Assembly: GCA_029565395.1 (NCBI GenBank)
Contig: JAKQOG010000048.1
Coordinates: 206 to 64,205 of the forward strand
Source of the DNA: Candidatus Hydrogenedentota bacterium
GTDB lineage: Bacteria > Hydrogenedentota > Hydrogenedentia > Hydrogenedentales > CAILVY01
Reading direction: 5' to 3'
DNA: 64,000 nt
Under the pieces are notes generated by a model. The model saw only the letters and a list, made by a program, of their open reading frames with translations, was not told where the DNA came from and did no database searches. Below are positions 28,669-38,445 of the stretch, one piece after another. Each line of letters starts with the position of its first letter. Position 1 is the first letter of the stretch. The position numbers and the translations under genes were made by a program.

Positions 28669-31341
28669 TTAGGAGCCCGGACAGAACTCGTCTTCCGTTC
28701 CTTCTCCTGGACAATAATGATACCCGCCGGAATTGAAGAACTGGATTACGCGCAGCAATTCGGACAAGCTGATGTGCCAGTCTTGAGCATTGTAATCGCT
28801 ATCATATGGCGCACAACTGGTATCGCCCGGACCGGGGGCATACCCGTCTTCCGTGCCCGCTTCACAATGGAATCCGTCTGAATTGAAGAATTGGATTACA
28901 CGGAGCAGTTCAGAAAGACTGATAAGGCCGTCGCCGTTGGAATCCGCGGAGTGAATGCCACCGTAGACTTCGCCTTCGCTTCCGCCTTCGGCGGAACCTT
29001 CCTCCGGTGAACCTTCGGAGGTCATGCCTTCGGGCATGCCTTCAACCTGACCTTCGGTTTCTCCTTCCACCACCACCCCTTCACCTTCCTCCAGCGATCC
29101 CTCCGAAAGCATGCCTTCGGACTCGCCTTCCACCACACCTTCTTCACCACCCTCACCTTCCTCTTGGCCTTCACTTCCGCCTTCGGCGGAGCCTTCGATC
29201 TGACCTTCAGCTTCTCCCTCTTCTGTGCCTTCTTCAACCCCTTCGCCCTCAAGCTGCCCCTCAATTGCACCCTCTAAAGCTCCTTCGGCAAAACCTTCAC
29301 CTTCAGGTTGCCCTTCGACAACTCCCTCGCCATCAGGCGCTCCCTCTATGATTCCCTCAGGTTGCCCTTCCACTATGCCTTCTATATCACCCTCAAGAAG
29401 ACCTTCTTCGCCTTCCTGACTCATAACAGGCGCCATGCAAAGGCTCATGTCGAAATCAGGAATCTCCTTGTGCCCTCCGTTGACCGGCATATACATGGTT
29501 CCATCGCCAATGGGAGAACCAATCCAATGGAATCGGCAGGAAACATCGATAACACCGAATATTGAAATCCATCCCTCTGTTATAGACAACGGCGGCTCAA
29601 GGACGGCTTCATACCGTATCACGGGAAAGCTGGAAAAAAACTGGCCTGTTTCCATGCGCATCGGCTCTATCTGATAGGCCTGCAGGATCTCTCCGGGCGC
29701 ACCGCTGTCATTTTCATAAAAATCGATGCGGAACGTGTCAGGATCCCGGTCACAAGGCACCGCTTGCATTAGAAATTCATCATACTGAGTGTTAATGCCC
29801 CACCACCGGATTCTTCCAATGGGCGCTGTTAAGCCGGAAAAGGACTCATGGGGCCGATGATAATCATCCCCATTACTCGGAATTTCAAATGCAAAGCGGG
29901 GACTGGCCGGAGGCTGGGAAAAAACAGCGTCGTCTGAGCATTCGTGGTTGTCATTCGGGGCAATCGTCAGAACGGCCTCCCGAGTAGCAAGCGTAGTGCA
30001 GGCATTGGATACGGTGCAGCGGTAGCGGCCTGCGTCGCTTGGGAACACTTGTGCGAGGGAGAGCGCCGGGCTTGTTTCCGCGGATAGAATGGAAAATCCC
30101 ATCCCTCGATCCACTTCCCATAGGTACTGTGCAGGGATATCAGGATCGAGGGCAACGTCAAACTCGACCAGGTCGCCGATAACGGCCTCTTTATCCGCGG
30201 GTTCTGACGCTAGCGTGAAAGGATAGGCGACAGACAGGGTCACAGGACCGGAAAATGTGGTGAAACAACCATTGCCCGCGTAGGTTCGGATCTGGAGCCC
30301 GTCGTGTGTCTCCGGCTGCACGTTCGTGAACGTATAGGTGCGGTTATCCCCGCTATCAATAGTATCCCAAAGTTCGGTAACGGGGTTATAGACTTGCCAA
30401 AAGACCGCTCCGTTCGTCACGTCATATTCGACTGTAAAGGTGACATCTTCTCCGGCGCATGTACTTTCATCGATTAAGGGGATAATCACCTGCGGCGCCA
30501 CCTGAACACCAAAAAAGACTATATCGCTGGTATCGCTCCCGTATGCATTGTGTACAATCGCCCGGTAGTAACCGGAATCGCTTGCCTTGACTGGATCCAA
30601 CACCAGCGGCGTTCCGGACTGACCCGTCACATCATGCCAGCTTGTGGGATCGCCCGGATCTTCAGAATGCTCCCAATACACCGATAAGGGCGCCGCACCC
30701 GCAATGCCCAACGGTACTTCCAGCCGCGCGCCATCGCACACATCCACCACCGTTATTTCAGGTTGCACCGTGATATGCGGGGCGCCAATCGTCTGCGGAT
30801 CGGGCTGCAATGGGGTATAGCCGGTATCATCGGCTACATTATAGGACAGCACGGTGGTTTCATGCCTGATGGTGCAGTTGAAATAATCGAAAGCCAACTG
30901 GTCGGAAACGGACGGATCGATGACATCCCACCGGAACGTGGCAAGGTGATAGTTGCCAGCGGGAAACGTGTGGTATGCCCCCCCCTGATGGAGAATCAAC
31001 ATGGCGGTGTCATTTCCGCCTAAATCCAACTGCACCAGATCATTATAATTTCCAAAGCCGCTTATCGCATAGTAGGCATCCATGGCCTCAAGATAGTGAT
31101 ACGGCGCTGGATTTAGCGCAGTTTCATCCGCCTGCACGGTAATGACACTGGTTCCCACACTCCACCCTGACGCACTGACTCTCGCCCAAAGCTCCGCACG
31201 GTACACACCCTCCTCCATCCAGACATTCCGGAGGGAGAAGGTGACCCGGCTTTCCGCGCCGGCAGGAAGGACGGGTAGAAGACTTAACAAAAAAATGATG
31301 CAAATGATACAGAAATAGTGTTTGCACTGTTTCGCAACCAT
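28669..31341 (-). CDS. Secreted protein: N-terminal cohesin-like sandwich, about 3 Ig-like domains, Cys/Trp module, long EG linker, dockerin-like tag
   Basis: Start moved to MVAKQ after GGAGG; signal peptide; Ig motifs 'DSGYYRAIVHNAYG', 'DAGRYRCTVSNAC'; 'FSQPP...ESFSGLTAPIGRIRWWG' module; C-terminal tag. Confidence 0.88.
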   Translation of the reverse strand: MVAKQCKHYFCIICIIFLLSLLPVLPAGAESRVTFSLRNVWMEEGVYRAELWARVSASGWSVGTSVITVQADETALNPAPYHYLEAMDAYYAISGFGNYNDLVQLDLGGNDTAMLILHQGGAYHTFPAGNYHLATFRWDVIDPSVSDQLAFDYFNCTIRHETTVLSYNVADDTGYTPLQPDPQTIGAPHITVQPEITVVDVCDGARLEVPLGIAGAAPLSVYWEHSEDPGDPTSWHDVTGQSGTPLVLDPVKASDSGYYRAIVHNAYGSDTSDIVFFGVQVAPQVIIPLIDESTCAGEDVTFTVEYDVTNGAVFWQVYNPVTELWDTIDSGDNRTYTFTNVQPETHDGLQIRTYAGNGCFTTFSGPVTLSVAYPFTLASEPADKEAVIGDLVEFDVALDPDIPAQYLWEVDRGMGFSILSAETSPALSLAQVFPSDAGRYRCTVSNACTTLATREAVLTIAPNDNHECSDDAVFSQPPASPRFAFEIPSNGDDYHRPHESFSGLTAPIGRIRWWGINTQYDEFLMQAVPCDRDPDTFRIDFYENDSGAPGEILQAYQIEPMRMETGQFFSSFPVIRYEAVLEPPLSITEGWISIFGVIDVSCRFHWIGSPIGDGTMYMPVNGGHKEIPDFDMSLCMAPVMSQEGEEGLLEGDIEGIVEGQPEGIIEGAPDGEGVVEGQPEGEGFAEGALEGAIEGQLEGEGVEEGTEEGEAEGQIEGSAEGGSEGQEEGEGGEEGVVEGESEGMLSEGSLEEGEGVVVEGETEGQVEGMPEGMTSEGSPEEGSAEGGSEGEVYGGIHSADSNGDGLISLSELLRVIQFFNSDGFHCEAGTEDGYAPGPGDTSCAPYDSDYNAQDWHISLSELLRVIQFFNSGGYHYCPGEGTEDEFCPGS

Positions 31342-31371
31342 GACCAAACCCTCCATGAGTACCTGTAAATG

Positions 31372-31400
31372 ATATTACTGCGAATTTATATTGAAATCAA
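31372..31400 (-). promoter_or_regulatory. Putative sigma70 promoter for the 28669..31341 gene
   Basis: Minus strand TTGATT, 17 bp, TAATAT. Confidence 0.4.
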
Positions 31401-31482
31401 GGGCTTTTTCAGAGAGAAATTGAATGTGCCCTGTGTAGTGGAGTAGTTTGGATGCCTTGACAACAATAGAAGGAGCGGAGCC

Positions 31483-33984
31483 ATGAGAATGCGATGGATC
31501 ATAGCGGGCATGATGGTCTTAGGGAGCCTTACGGCGATGGCAGGGGTAGATGTGGCAAAGATGCAGGATTGGACGATTGTCTGTGCGCCTGATGCTTCGC
31601 CCAGTGAAAAATACGCAGCGGAAGAATTTCAGAAGTTGTTCAAGGAGGCATCGGGATTTGAATTGCCCATCAAGGATAGCGCGCCAGGCAGATGGCACAA
31701 TATATTCATTGGGCCGGGCGCGGTAGCGAAAGCAGGCCGTTTGGCCTTTGATATTGCGGCTATGGGTGAAGAGGGCTTGCGGATACGGATCGGAAATTAT
31801 AATGTTGCTATTGCGGGTGGACTTCCCCGAGGAACACTCTATGGCGTCTATGAGTTCTTTGATCGTTGCCTCGGCGTGCGCTTTCTCACGGCGGACCACA
31901 CGTATTTCCCTGAAAAGACCAAACTCGCCGCGTTGAAAAAAGAGGACTATTCCTACATCCCCACCTTTTCTTTCCGGTGGCCGTATTATTGGGAAAACAG
32001 CAATAATCCTGGATTCGCCGCCAAACTTCATGTAAATACGGTATCGGATGACGAAAAACTCGGCGGGAAAACCCATCAAAACCTCATCAATCATTCCTTG
32101 TATCAATGGGTTAATCCTAGCTTGTATGGCCAGTCGCATCCAGAGTATTTTGCGCTGGTGGATGGAAAGCGAAAGCTTGAGGTGGGCGGCGGCGGCCCCG
32201 AACCGTGTGTGACGAATCCGGAGGTGATCGAGATCGTCGCGGACGGCGTGAATAAGGTTCTGGACGCCAACCCGAAACTGCAAAACATCAGTGTGAGCCA
32301 AAATGACAACGATGTATATTGCCGCTGCCCGAAATGCGAGGAAATCACTCAGCGTGAAGGCACGCCCATGGGCCCCCACCTCGCCATGGTGAATGCCGTG
32401 GCCGAGCGGGTGGAGAAAAAACATCCGAACGTCAAAATCGGCACGCTCGCGTATTGGTATACCCGCAAGCCGCCGAAAACCATCGCCCCGCGCGCAAATA
32501 TGCAAATTCAACTTTGCAGCATCGAATGCTGCACCTTCCATGCCCTCGATGATCCTGCCTGCCCTCTCAACCAGAAATTCTGCTCGGATCTCCAAGGCTG
32601 GAAAGCCATGTGCAAGGACATCTGGATCTGGAATTACAATACGAATTTCAGTTGTTACGATTTACCGTTCCCGAATCTCCGCAGCATCGGAGCAAACGTG
32701 CGGTTTTTCCTGAATAACAACGTTAAAGGCGTGTTCATGCAGGCTAACGGCAATGGCAGCAGCGGCGAAATGTCCGAATTGCGCAATTATGTAATCGCCC
32801 GCTGCCTGTGGCATCCCGGCCAGGAGAGCTGGCCGCTGGTGGAGGAATTTTGCCGCCTCCACTACGCGGAATCGGCCCAGCCCATCCTCGATTACCTCAC
32901 CATGCTCCATGACAACACTGCCGGAAAAGGAAAACATCCCAATTGCTTCCCCAACGCCGATGCCATCGGTTTAGACCCGGATATCGCGCGAAAGGCCTTT
33001 GACTACTTTGAACAGGCCCATGCGCTTGCAAAGAGCGATGCGGTGCGGGCGCGCGTGGAGAAGGCCTCGGTCTGCGCTTACAAGGCGATGATCGTGGCGG
33101 GCGGCGGGCAATGGGCCTATGAAAACGGCGAATGCCGCCGCACCTGGAACGAACCCCGCTTCAATCAACTGGTGGATCGCTACATCGCGCTCTGCCAGCA
33201 ATACAACGTGAGCATGGAGAATGAAGGGCGGCCGATGGCGGATTACATCGCACAGTTGAAACGGCAAAATGCCTTGAAGGCTCTGCGGATCGAAAATGAC
33301 ATATGGCGTTTGACCGTGCTGCCGGAGGAAAACGGGAAACTGGTCGAAATGCTCCACAAACCCACCAATCGCAACCTGCTCAAAGCCATGACCCATAACG
33401 ACATTCTGAGAGGCACGATCGAAGACATCGGATTGAAAGGGTACGATCAAACCAAGCCTCTGGCTTTTGCCGCAGAAGTAAAAGGAACTTCCATCCAATT
33501 GACGAAGAAATTAGAAGACGGAAGCACGCTGGAGCATACCATTGCACTCAAGGCCAGCCGTCCGGATGTGGTCTTTTGCGAATCTGTCTTAACCCATCAG
33601 GGCAAAGAGCCCAAAGCCTATCAACTCAAGGCGCACCCGGAATTTGATCCTCTCTCCAAATCGGACAATTGCGACGTGGTCAGCGCGTACATCAAGGATG
33701 CCGCCTGGACCAAAATTAACCGTGAATGGAAAATGGAAACGGGACCGGACGTTGAAATTCTGAACAAGGCCAAGGGCGGGGCGTTCGCCTTTTTCAGTCA
33801 TGAGGCAAACTTCGGCGTGCAAGTCTCTTATGATCCCAAACAATACGAACGCCCCTACCTCTGGTGGCATCCCCCATTTTCCCAGATTAACCTGGAATTA
33901 TTCTCTCAGGAAAAAACGTTGAAGCCCGGCCAATCCTTGCACTTCGCCTATCAATTCTCCTATCTGGCGGAACCGCCGAAATAG
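31483..33984 (+). CDS. DUF4838 domain-containing secreted protein (glycoside-hydrolase-like)
   Basis: Signal peptide; 'EKYAAEEFQ', 'RGTLYGVYEFF...LGVRF', 'HPEYFAL', 'CVTNPEV', 'SVSQND..CRC..C', 'TLAY' motifs; AAGGAG SD. Confidence 0.85.
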   Translation: MRMRWIIAGMMVLGSLTAMAGVDVAKMQDWTIVCAPDASPSEKYAAEEFQKLFKEASGFELPIKDSAPGRWHNIFIGPGAVAKAGRLAFDIAAMGEEGLRIRIGNYNVAIAGGLPRGTLYGVYEFFDRCLGVRFLTADHTYFPEKTKLAALKKEDYSYIPTFSFRWPYYWENSNNPGFAAKLHVNTVSDDEKLGGKTHQNLINHSLYQWVNPSLYGQSHPEYFALVDGKRKLEVGGGGPEPCVTNPEVIEIVADGVNKVLDANPKLQNISVSQNDNDVYCRCPKCEEITQREGTPMGPHLAMVNAVAERVEKKHPNVKIGTLAYWYTRKPPKTIAPRANMQIQLCSIECCTFHALDDPACPLNQKFCSDLQGWKAMCKDIWIWNYNTNFSCYDLPFPNLRSIGANVRFFLNNNVKGVFMQANGNGSSGEMSELRNYVIARCLWHPGQESWPLVEEFCRLHYAESAQPILDYLTMLHDNTAGKGKHPNCFPNADAIGLDPDIARKAFDYFEQAHALAKSDAVRARVEKASVCAYKAMIVAGGGQWAYENGECRRTWNEPRFNQLVDRYIALCQQYNVSMENEGRPMADYIAQLKRQNALKALRIENDIWRLTVLPEENGKLVEMLHKPTNRNLLKAMTHNDILRGTIEDIGLKGYDQTKPLAFAAEVKGTSIQLTKKLEDGSTLEHTIALKASRPDVVFCESVLTHQGKEPKAYQLKAHPEFDPLSKSDNCDVVSAYIKDAAWTKINREWKMETGPDVEILNKAKGGAFAFFSHEANFGVQVSYDPKQYERPYLWWHPPFSQINLELFSQEKTLKPGQSLHFAYQFSYLAEPPK

Positions 33985-33988
33985 TCGG

Positions 33989-35320
33989 TCAGGACACTTC
34001 GTCTGAAATGGCGTAGAGCTTTGCCCGGTGCATTTTGATATGAAGCAGACATGGCGCTGAACCCGCCGCCTGGAAAAATTCCGGTGGCAATGGAGCACGT
34101 TCTGAATTGACGCCCTCCAACCGGCAAGGTGATGCGCCGGGTATGGGTGCATTTTCGGCATTGCGCAGTTCCACTTCGAGCCAGCCCGCTTGTGCGTCCA
34201 CATTCAACGATATAGGCTTGGGTGGTGGCGCGAAGGGCTGGGTGGTAAATTCGCCTTCTTCCGACGCCACTACCGCCGTCAATCCTTCCCGGCGATACGA
34301 GACAAGGTACATTCCGGCGTCTTTGCCCGCCACGAAACACCATTTGCCCGCGTGCATGAAAGGATCGGCATACGTCCAGAAGCCGAGATCCACAGGGCGA
34401 AAAGGCCGCTCCCAGTGCCGCGCATCCCGGCTCACTACCAGTTCCGTCTTGAGCAGGCCGCTGTGCTGATTGGGGCGGTTGGGGTCGCCATAGTATTTCA
34501 TGATCAATCCCGCGTAGCCGTATCCATATGCAAACACCTTCATTAAATAGAACTCTGTTTCCGGCGCATCCTCCGCATCTGGGCGCAACAACGCTGCTTG
34601 GGGAGACCATTGGATAGCGTCCGTCGACTTCCGCAAGGTGATTACCCGGCGCTTCTTGTCCAGATTATCCGCATAGGGTTTCTCCGGCCAGTCCTCCAGT
34701 GCCGTCTGATACACGAAGTATTCCCCGTCTTTTTTAATGAGCGTAAAGGCGTCATTATGCTCCGTAAATACTGTGCCGCGCGGGTCTTTTTCCCAATGCA
34801 CACCGTCCGGTGATTTCGCCAGCATGGCGCCCGCCTCGCCTTTTTCCGGCTGATCCCAATACAGCATCCGGTATTCCCCGCCCTCGCGTACCAATTGAAA
34901 AACATTAAAGCCGCCCCACGTGGGCGGATACGGCGACCGCCGCATCACCACATTGTTCGGCCCTTTCCAGGCAGGCTCCTCTGGAAACAGGGGGGGCAGG
35001 CTCCAACCTTTCCCCTCCAATTCCCCCAGACAGAGGGTCCGCTGATCGCTATACTCCGCCTCGCCTTTATCTACACGCTGATACCATACACGAATCTTCT
35101 CTCCCTCGGGGAAGGCCGCCACTGGATATGGCCATAGTTTCGGGCGGCTGGAATCCGGGGTGATAAGCACGGACATCGATTCTGGTACTTGCGCTTCGAT
35201 AGTCACCCCCCCCGTTTCCCGAAGGTCCCCTGGACCCAGAAACAACATGGGAAGCGCGCCAGAAGAAAGCGCCAACATAGCGAATGGAACCAGCGGTATC
35301 ATGCCCGGATTTCCTTTCAT
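33989..35320 (-). CDS. Hypothetical secreted protein, possible beta-propeller glycosidase fold
   Basis: 443-aa ORF with a hydrophobic N-terminus; Asp-box-like 'SPDGVHW', 'STDAIQW', 'SRDARHW'; start uncertain. Confidence 0.6.
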   Translation of the reverse strand: MKGNPGMIPLVPFAMLALSSGALPMLFLGPGDLRETGGVTIEAQVPESMSVLITPDSSRPKLWPYPVAAFPEGEKIRVWYQRVDKGEAEYSDQRTLCLGELEGKGWSLPPLFPEEPAWKGPNNVVMRRSPYPPTWGGFNVFQLVREGGEYRMLYWDQPEKGEAGAMLAKSPDGVHWEKDPRGTVFTEHNDAFTLIKKDGEYFVYQTALEDWPEKPYADNLDKKRRVITLRKSTDAIQWSPQAALLRPDAEDAPETEFYLMKVFAYGYGYAGLIMKYYGDPNRPNQHSGLLKTELVVSRDARHWERPFRPVDLGFWTYADPFMHAGKWCFVAGKDAGMYLVSYRREGLTAVVASEEGEFTTQPFAPPPKPISLNVDAQAGWLEVELRNAENAPIPGASPCRLEGVNSERAPLPPEFFQAAGSAPCLLHIKMHRAKLYAISDEVS

Positions 35321-35389
35321 TTAATAGTGAACCATAGCCTATCGTGGACTCCTTGAGAAGTGCGAAAAGAAGAACCGCTGCCGCCGTGG

Positions 35390-35418
35390 TTGACATGGCG
35401 CTTCCAGAAACTTACAAT
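35390..35418 (+). promoter_or_regulatory. Putative sigma70 promoter for smg-topA
   Basis: TTGACA, 17 bp, TACAAT. Confidence 0.7.
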
Positions 35419-35473
35419 ATGCACAGGTTGCGGTCCAGGTGCGCCGGTGTGGGCGCAGGGAGAAGATGGATCA

Positions 35474-35929
35474 ATGAAAGCACAGCTTGTGGAACTGGTC
35501 GGCGTGATTTTGCGCCGAATCGAGGAACAGCCCGGCATTCCGCCTTCGGAGAGCCGGATGCGTTCCTGGCTGGTCCGGCAAGGCTATAATAAACGCGATA
35601 TCGACGCCGCCATCAAAATGGTGTGGGAGCGTATCATTAGCGCCAGCCCTGTGACCCGGCGTATCCCGGGGGCCGTCCGGCAGTTGTCAAATTACGAGGC
35701 CCAAAAGCTTTCCCGGGAAGCCCGGGAGGCCTTGGCCCGCTTGGACTTATACGAACTGATGGACCCCATGGAACGGGAAATGCTCCTGGATCGTTTGGGG
35801 CAATTTGAAGGAGAGGTCGGCATGGAAGACCTCGATTACCTCCTCTCGTGGATTCTGTGTTCCACGAGGGATGTCGAGTCACAGCAGACAATTTTTAACG
35901 TATTTGAAGGTAGCCGGACCCTGCATTAG
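35474..35929 (+). CDS. smg: Smg / DUF494 family protein
   Basis: Start moved to MKAQLVELV; 'L...GY...DI.AA', 'R.LS.YE..KLS.EA...L..L' pattern; sits directly upstream of topA, the usual synteny. Confidence 0.75.
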   Translation: MKAQLVELVGVILRRIEEQPGIPPSESRMRSWLVRQGYNKRDIDAAIKMVWERIISASPVTRRIPGAVRQLSNYEAQKLSREAREALARLDLYELMDPMEREMLLDRLGQFEGEVGMEDLDYLLSWILCSTRDVESQQTIFNVFEGSRTLH

Positions 35930-36006
35930 GCAGGGTTCTATACGACGGTAACTTCGCCCATTCCCACTAGGATGGGCGTTATTCGCGTATAGGGGAGAAC
36001 ATAAAT

Positions 36007-38430
36007 ATGGCACGATATCTTGTTGTTGTGGAGTCACCCGCAAAGGCGCGCACCATTAACAAGTTCCTCGGAACGCAGTATTCGGTGAAGGCCAGCAACG
36101 GCCACGTCCGCGATTTGCCTGAAAATGAAATGGGCGTCGATATCGAGCATGACTTCGCGCCGAAATACGTCTCCATTCCAAAGGCCGCCAAGGCCATCCA
36201 GGGGCTCCGCGAGGCCGCGAAAAAGGCCGAACATATCCTTATCGCCTCCGACCCCGACCGCGAAGGCGAAGCCATCGGATGGCATGTCGCCGCATTGCTT
36301 GAAAAAGAAAAGAAACCCATCGAACGCATCGTGTTCAACGCGATCACCCGCCGAAGTGTATTGGAGGCCGCAAAGCACCCCCGCCCCATCGATGAAAGCC
36401 TCGTCAACGCACAACAGGCCCGCCGCATCCTCGACCGTCTTGTCGGCTACAAGCTCAGCCCCCTTCTCCAATGGAGTATCCGGAAAGGCCTGAGTGCCGG
36501 GCGTGTGCAGTCTATCGCCGTCCGCATGGTTTGCGACCGCGAAAACGAAATCCGCGCCTTTAACGCCGAAGAATACTGGACCATCGACGCTACCCTGAAA
36601 ACCCCTCGCGCGGAAATCTTCGTCGCCCGTCTCAACGCTATCCAGGGGGAAAAAGCCCTGGTCCCCAATCAAGAAACCGCCGAGCGCATCCTCCGCGACC
36701 TTGACGGCGCCGAATACCAGGTTGCTTCCGTGGACAGCAAGGAAGTGCGCCGCCGGCCGTATCCCCCCTTCATCACAAGTTCCTTACAGCAGGAAGCCTC
36801 GAGGAAACTCCGTTTCAATCCCCGAAACACCATGCGAATCGCCCAGCAACTCTACGAAGGCATTGAATTGGGCAGCGAAGGCCGCATAGGTGTCATTACC
36901 TACATGCGCACCGACTCCACGCGCATCGAACCGGAAGCCCTCGACGATGTCCGCGCCTACATCAGCCAAACCTTTGAACCGGCCATGCTCCCCGAACAGC
37001 CCAACTTCTACAAGGGCAAAAAAGGCGCCCAGGACGCCCATGAGGCCATCCGCCCCACAGCCGCCTCGCGCACCCCCGAAAGCATTCGCCAATACCTCAC
37101 TGAGGAACAATTCAAACTGTATCTTCTTATATGGCAACGGTTTGTGGCATGCCAGATGACTCCCGCCGTTCTCGACCAGACCACGGTGGATGTCACGGCC
37201 AAGGTCTATACCTTCCGCGCTACCGGCTCCGTCATGAAATTCCCCGGATTCACCAAACTCTATGAAGAAACCACCGAAGAACCCGATACTAATGGGAATG
37301 GCAACGTTGACATAGACCGCAGCGAACAGAACCGCCTCCCTGAAATCAATCAGGGCGAATTCCTTGTAGCCGAAGGCCTCCAACCGGACCAGCATTTCAC
37401 CAAGCCTCCCGCGCGGTACACCGAAGCCAGCCTGATCCGCGCTCTGGAAGAAAACGGCATCGGACGGCCCAGCACGTACGCCCCCACCGTCAATACCGTC
37501 CTTGACCGCGGCTATGTTGAACGCGAAAAAGGCCGCCTTAAACCTACTGAACTCGGCGAAGACGTCAATAAGATCCTCATGGAACACTTCCCCGATATTA
37601 TGGATTACCAGTTCACCGCACGCCTTGAGGAAGACCTCGACCTTGTCGAAGAAGGCCAGCGCGAATGGCATCACCTTCTGCAAGACTTCTACTCCGCCTT
37701 TGAGAAAGACCTAACCGCTGCTCAACACAAAATGGCCATGGGCTCCATGGAAGGGGACAATAAATGCCCCAAATGCGGAAAACCCATGGAAGTCCGCGAA
37801 GGCCGGTTTGGCGTTTTCATCGCCTGCCAGGATTATCCCAAGTGCAAAGGCACCAAAAAGGTCACCCGAACGTCCGCCGTGCAGGAAACCGATGAAACGT
37901 GCAGCGAATGCGGCGCGCCCATGGTAATCCGCCAGGGGCGCTTCGGAAAATTCATGTCCTGCTCGACCTATCCCAAGTGCAAAAACACCTTCAGCATCGA
38001 TAAAGACGGCAACAAAGTCATCCGTCCTCCTAAAGAACCGCCCAAGAAAACCGATCAGAAATGCCCCGAATGCGGCGCGTTTCTACTCATCCGTAAAAGC
38101 CGCCGCGGCGACGAATTCTACGGATGCGAAAAATATCCCAAGTGCCGGTTCACCAAACCCATGGAACTTGGCCTGAACTGCCTCAGACCCGGCTGCGGCG
38201 GGACCCTCGTCAGCAAAATTGGACGTGGCCGCCGCTTCATTGGTTGCGACAAACACCCCGAATGTCACTTCGCCGTGTTCGGCCAACTCGATAAGGCCAC
38301 GCCGTGTCCGAAATGTGGCAATTCCTGGACGTACACCACCAAATCCAAAACAAAACCCCATACGAGGCATTGCCCCGTACCCGGCTGCGGCTTCGAGGAA
38401 CTCATTCCCGAGGAAAAACCCGCCGAATAA
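36007..38430 (+). CDS. topA: DNA topoisomerase I with C-terminal zinc ribbons
   Basis: VVESPAKA, GHVRDL, DPDREGEAI, SAGRVQS, ITYMRTDS, QDAHEAIRPT, GIGRPSTY; multiple CxxC...C..YPxC ribbons. Confidence 0.98.
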   Translation: MARYLVVVESPAKARTINKFLGTQYSVKASNGHVRDLPENEMGVDIEHDFAPKYVSIPKAAKAIQGLREAAKKAEHILIASDPDREGEAIGWHVAALLEKEKKPIERIVFNAITRRSVLEAAKHPRPIDESLVNAQQARRILDRLVGYKLSPLLQWSIRKGLSAGRVQSIAVRMVCDRENEIRAFNAEEYWTIDATLKTPRAEIFVARLNAIQGEKALVPNQETAERILRDLDGAEYQVASVDSKEVRRRPYPPFITSSLQQEASRKLRFNPRNTMRIAQQLYEGIELGSEGRIGVITYMRTDSTRIEPEALDDVRAYISQTFEPAMLPEQPNFYKGKKGAQDAHEAIRPTAASRTPESIRQYLTEEQFKLYLLIWQRFVACQMTPAVLDQTTVDVTAKVYTFRATGSVMKFPGFTKLYEETTEEPDTNGNGNVDIDRSEQNRLPEINQGEFLVAEGLQPDQHFTKPPARYTEASLIRALEENGIGRPSTYAPTVNTVLDRGYVEREKGRLKPTELGEDVNKILMEHFPDIMDYQFTARLEEDLDLVEEGQREWHHLLQDFYSAFEKDLTAAQHKMAMGSMEGDNKCPKCGKPMEVREGRFGVFIACQDYPKCKGTKKVTRTSAVQETDETCSECGAPMVIRQGRFGKFMSCSTYPKCKNTFSIDKDGNKVIRPPKEPPKKTDQKCPECGAFLLIRKSRRGDEFYGCEKYPKCRFTKPMELGLNCLRPGCGGTLVSKIGRGRRFIGCDKHPECHFAVFGQLDKATPCPKCGNSWTYTTKSKTKPHTRHCPVPGCGFEELIPEEKPAE

Positions 38431-38445
38431 TCAACCTGAACTCCT

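Noticed and set aside
23893..28911. Diversity-generating retroelement (TR/VR pair) suggested by near-identical 3' repeats
   Set aside because: No reverse transcriptase in the window, both copies are coding, and the mismatches are synonymous and not adenine-specific.
247..31341. Calling the tagged proteins a cellulosome
   Set aside because: No recognisable glycoside hydrolase catalytic domain on any tagged protein, and the cohesin assignments are unverified.
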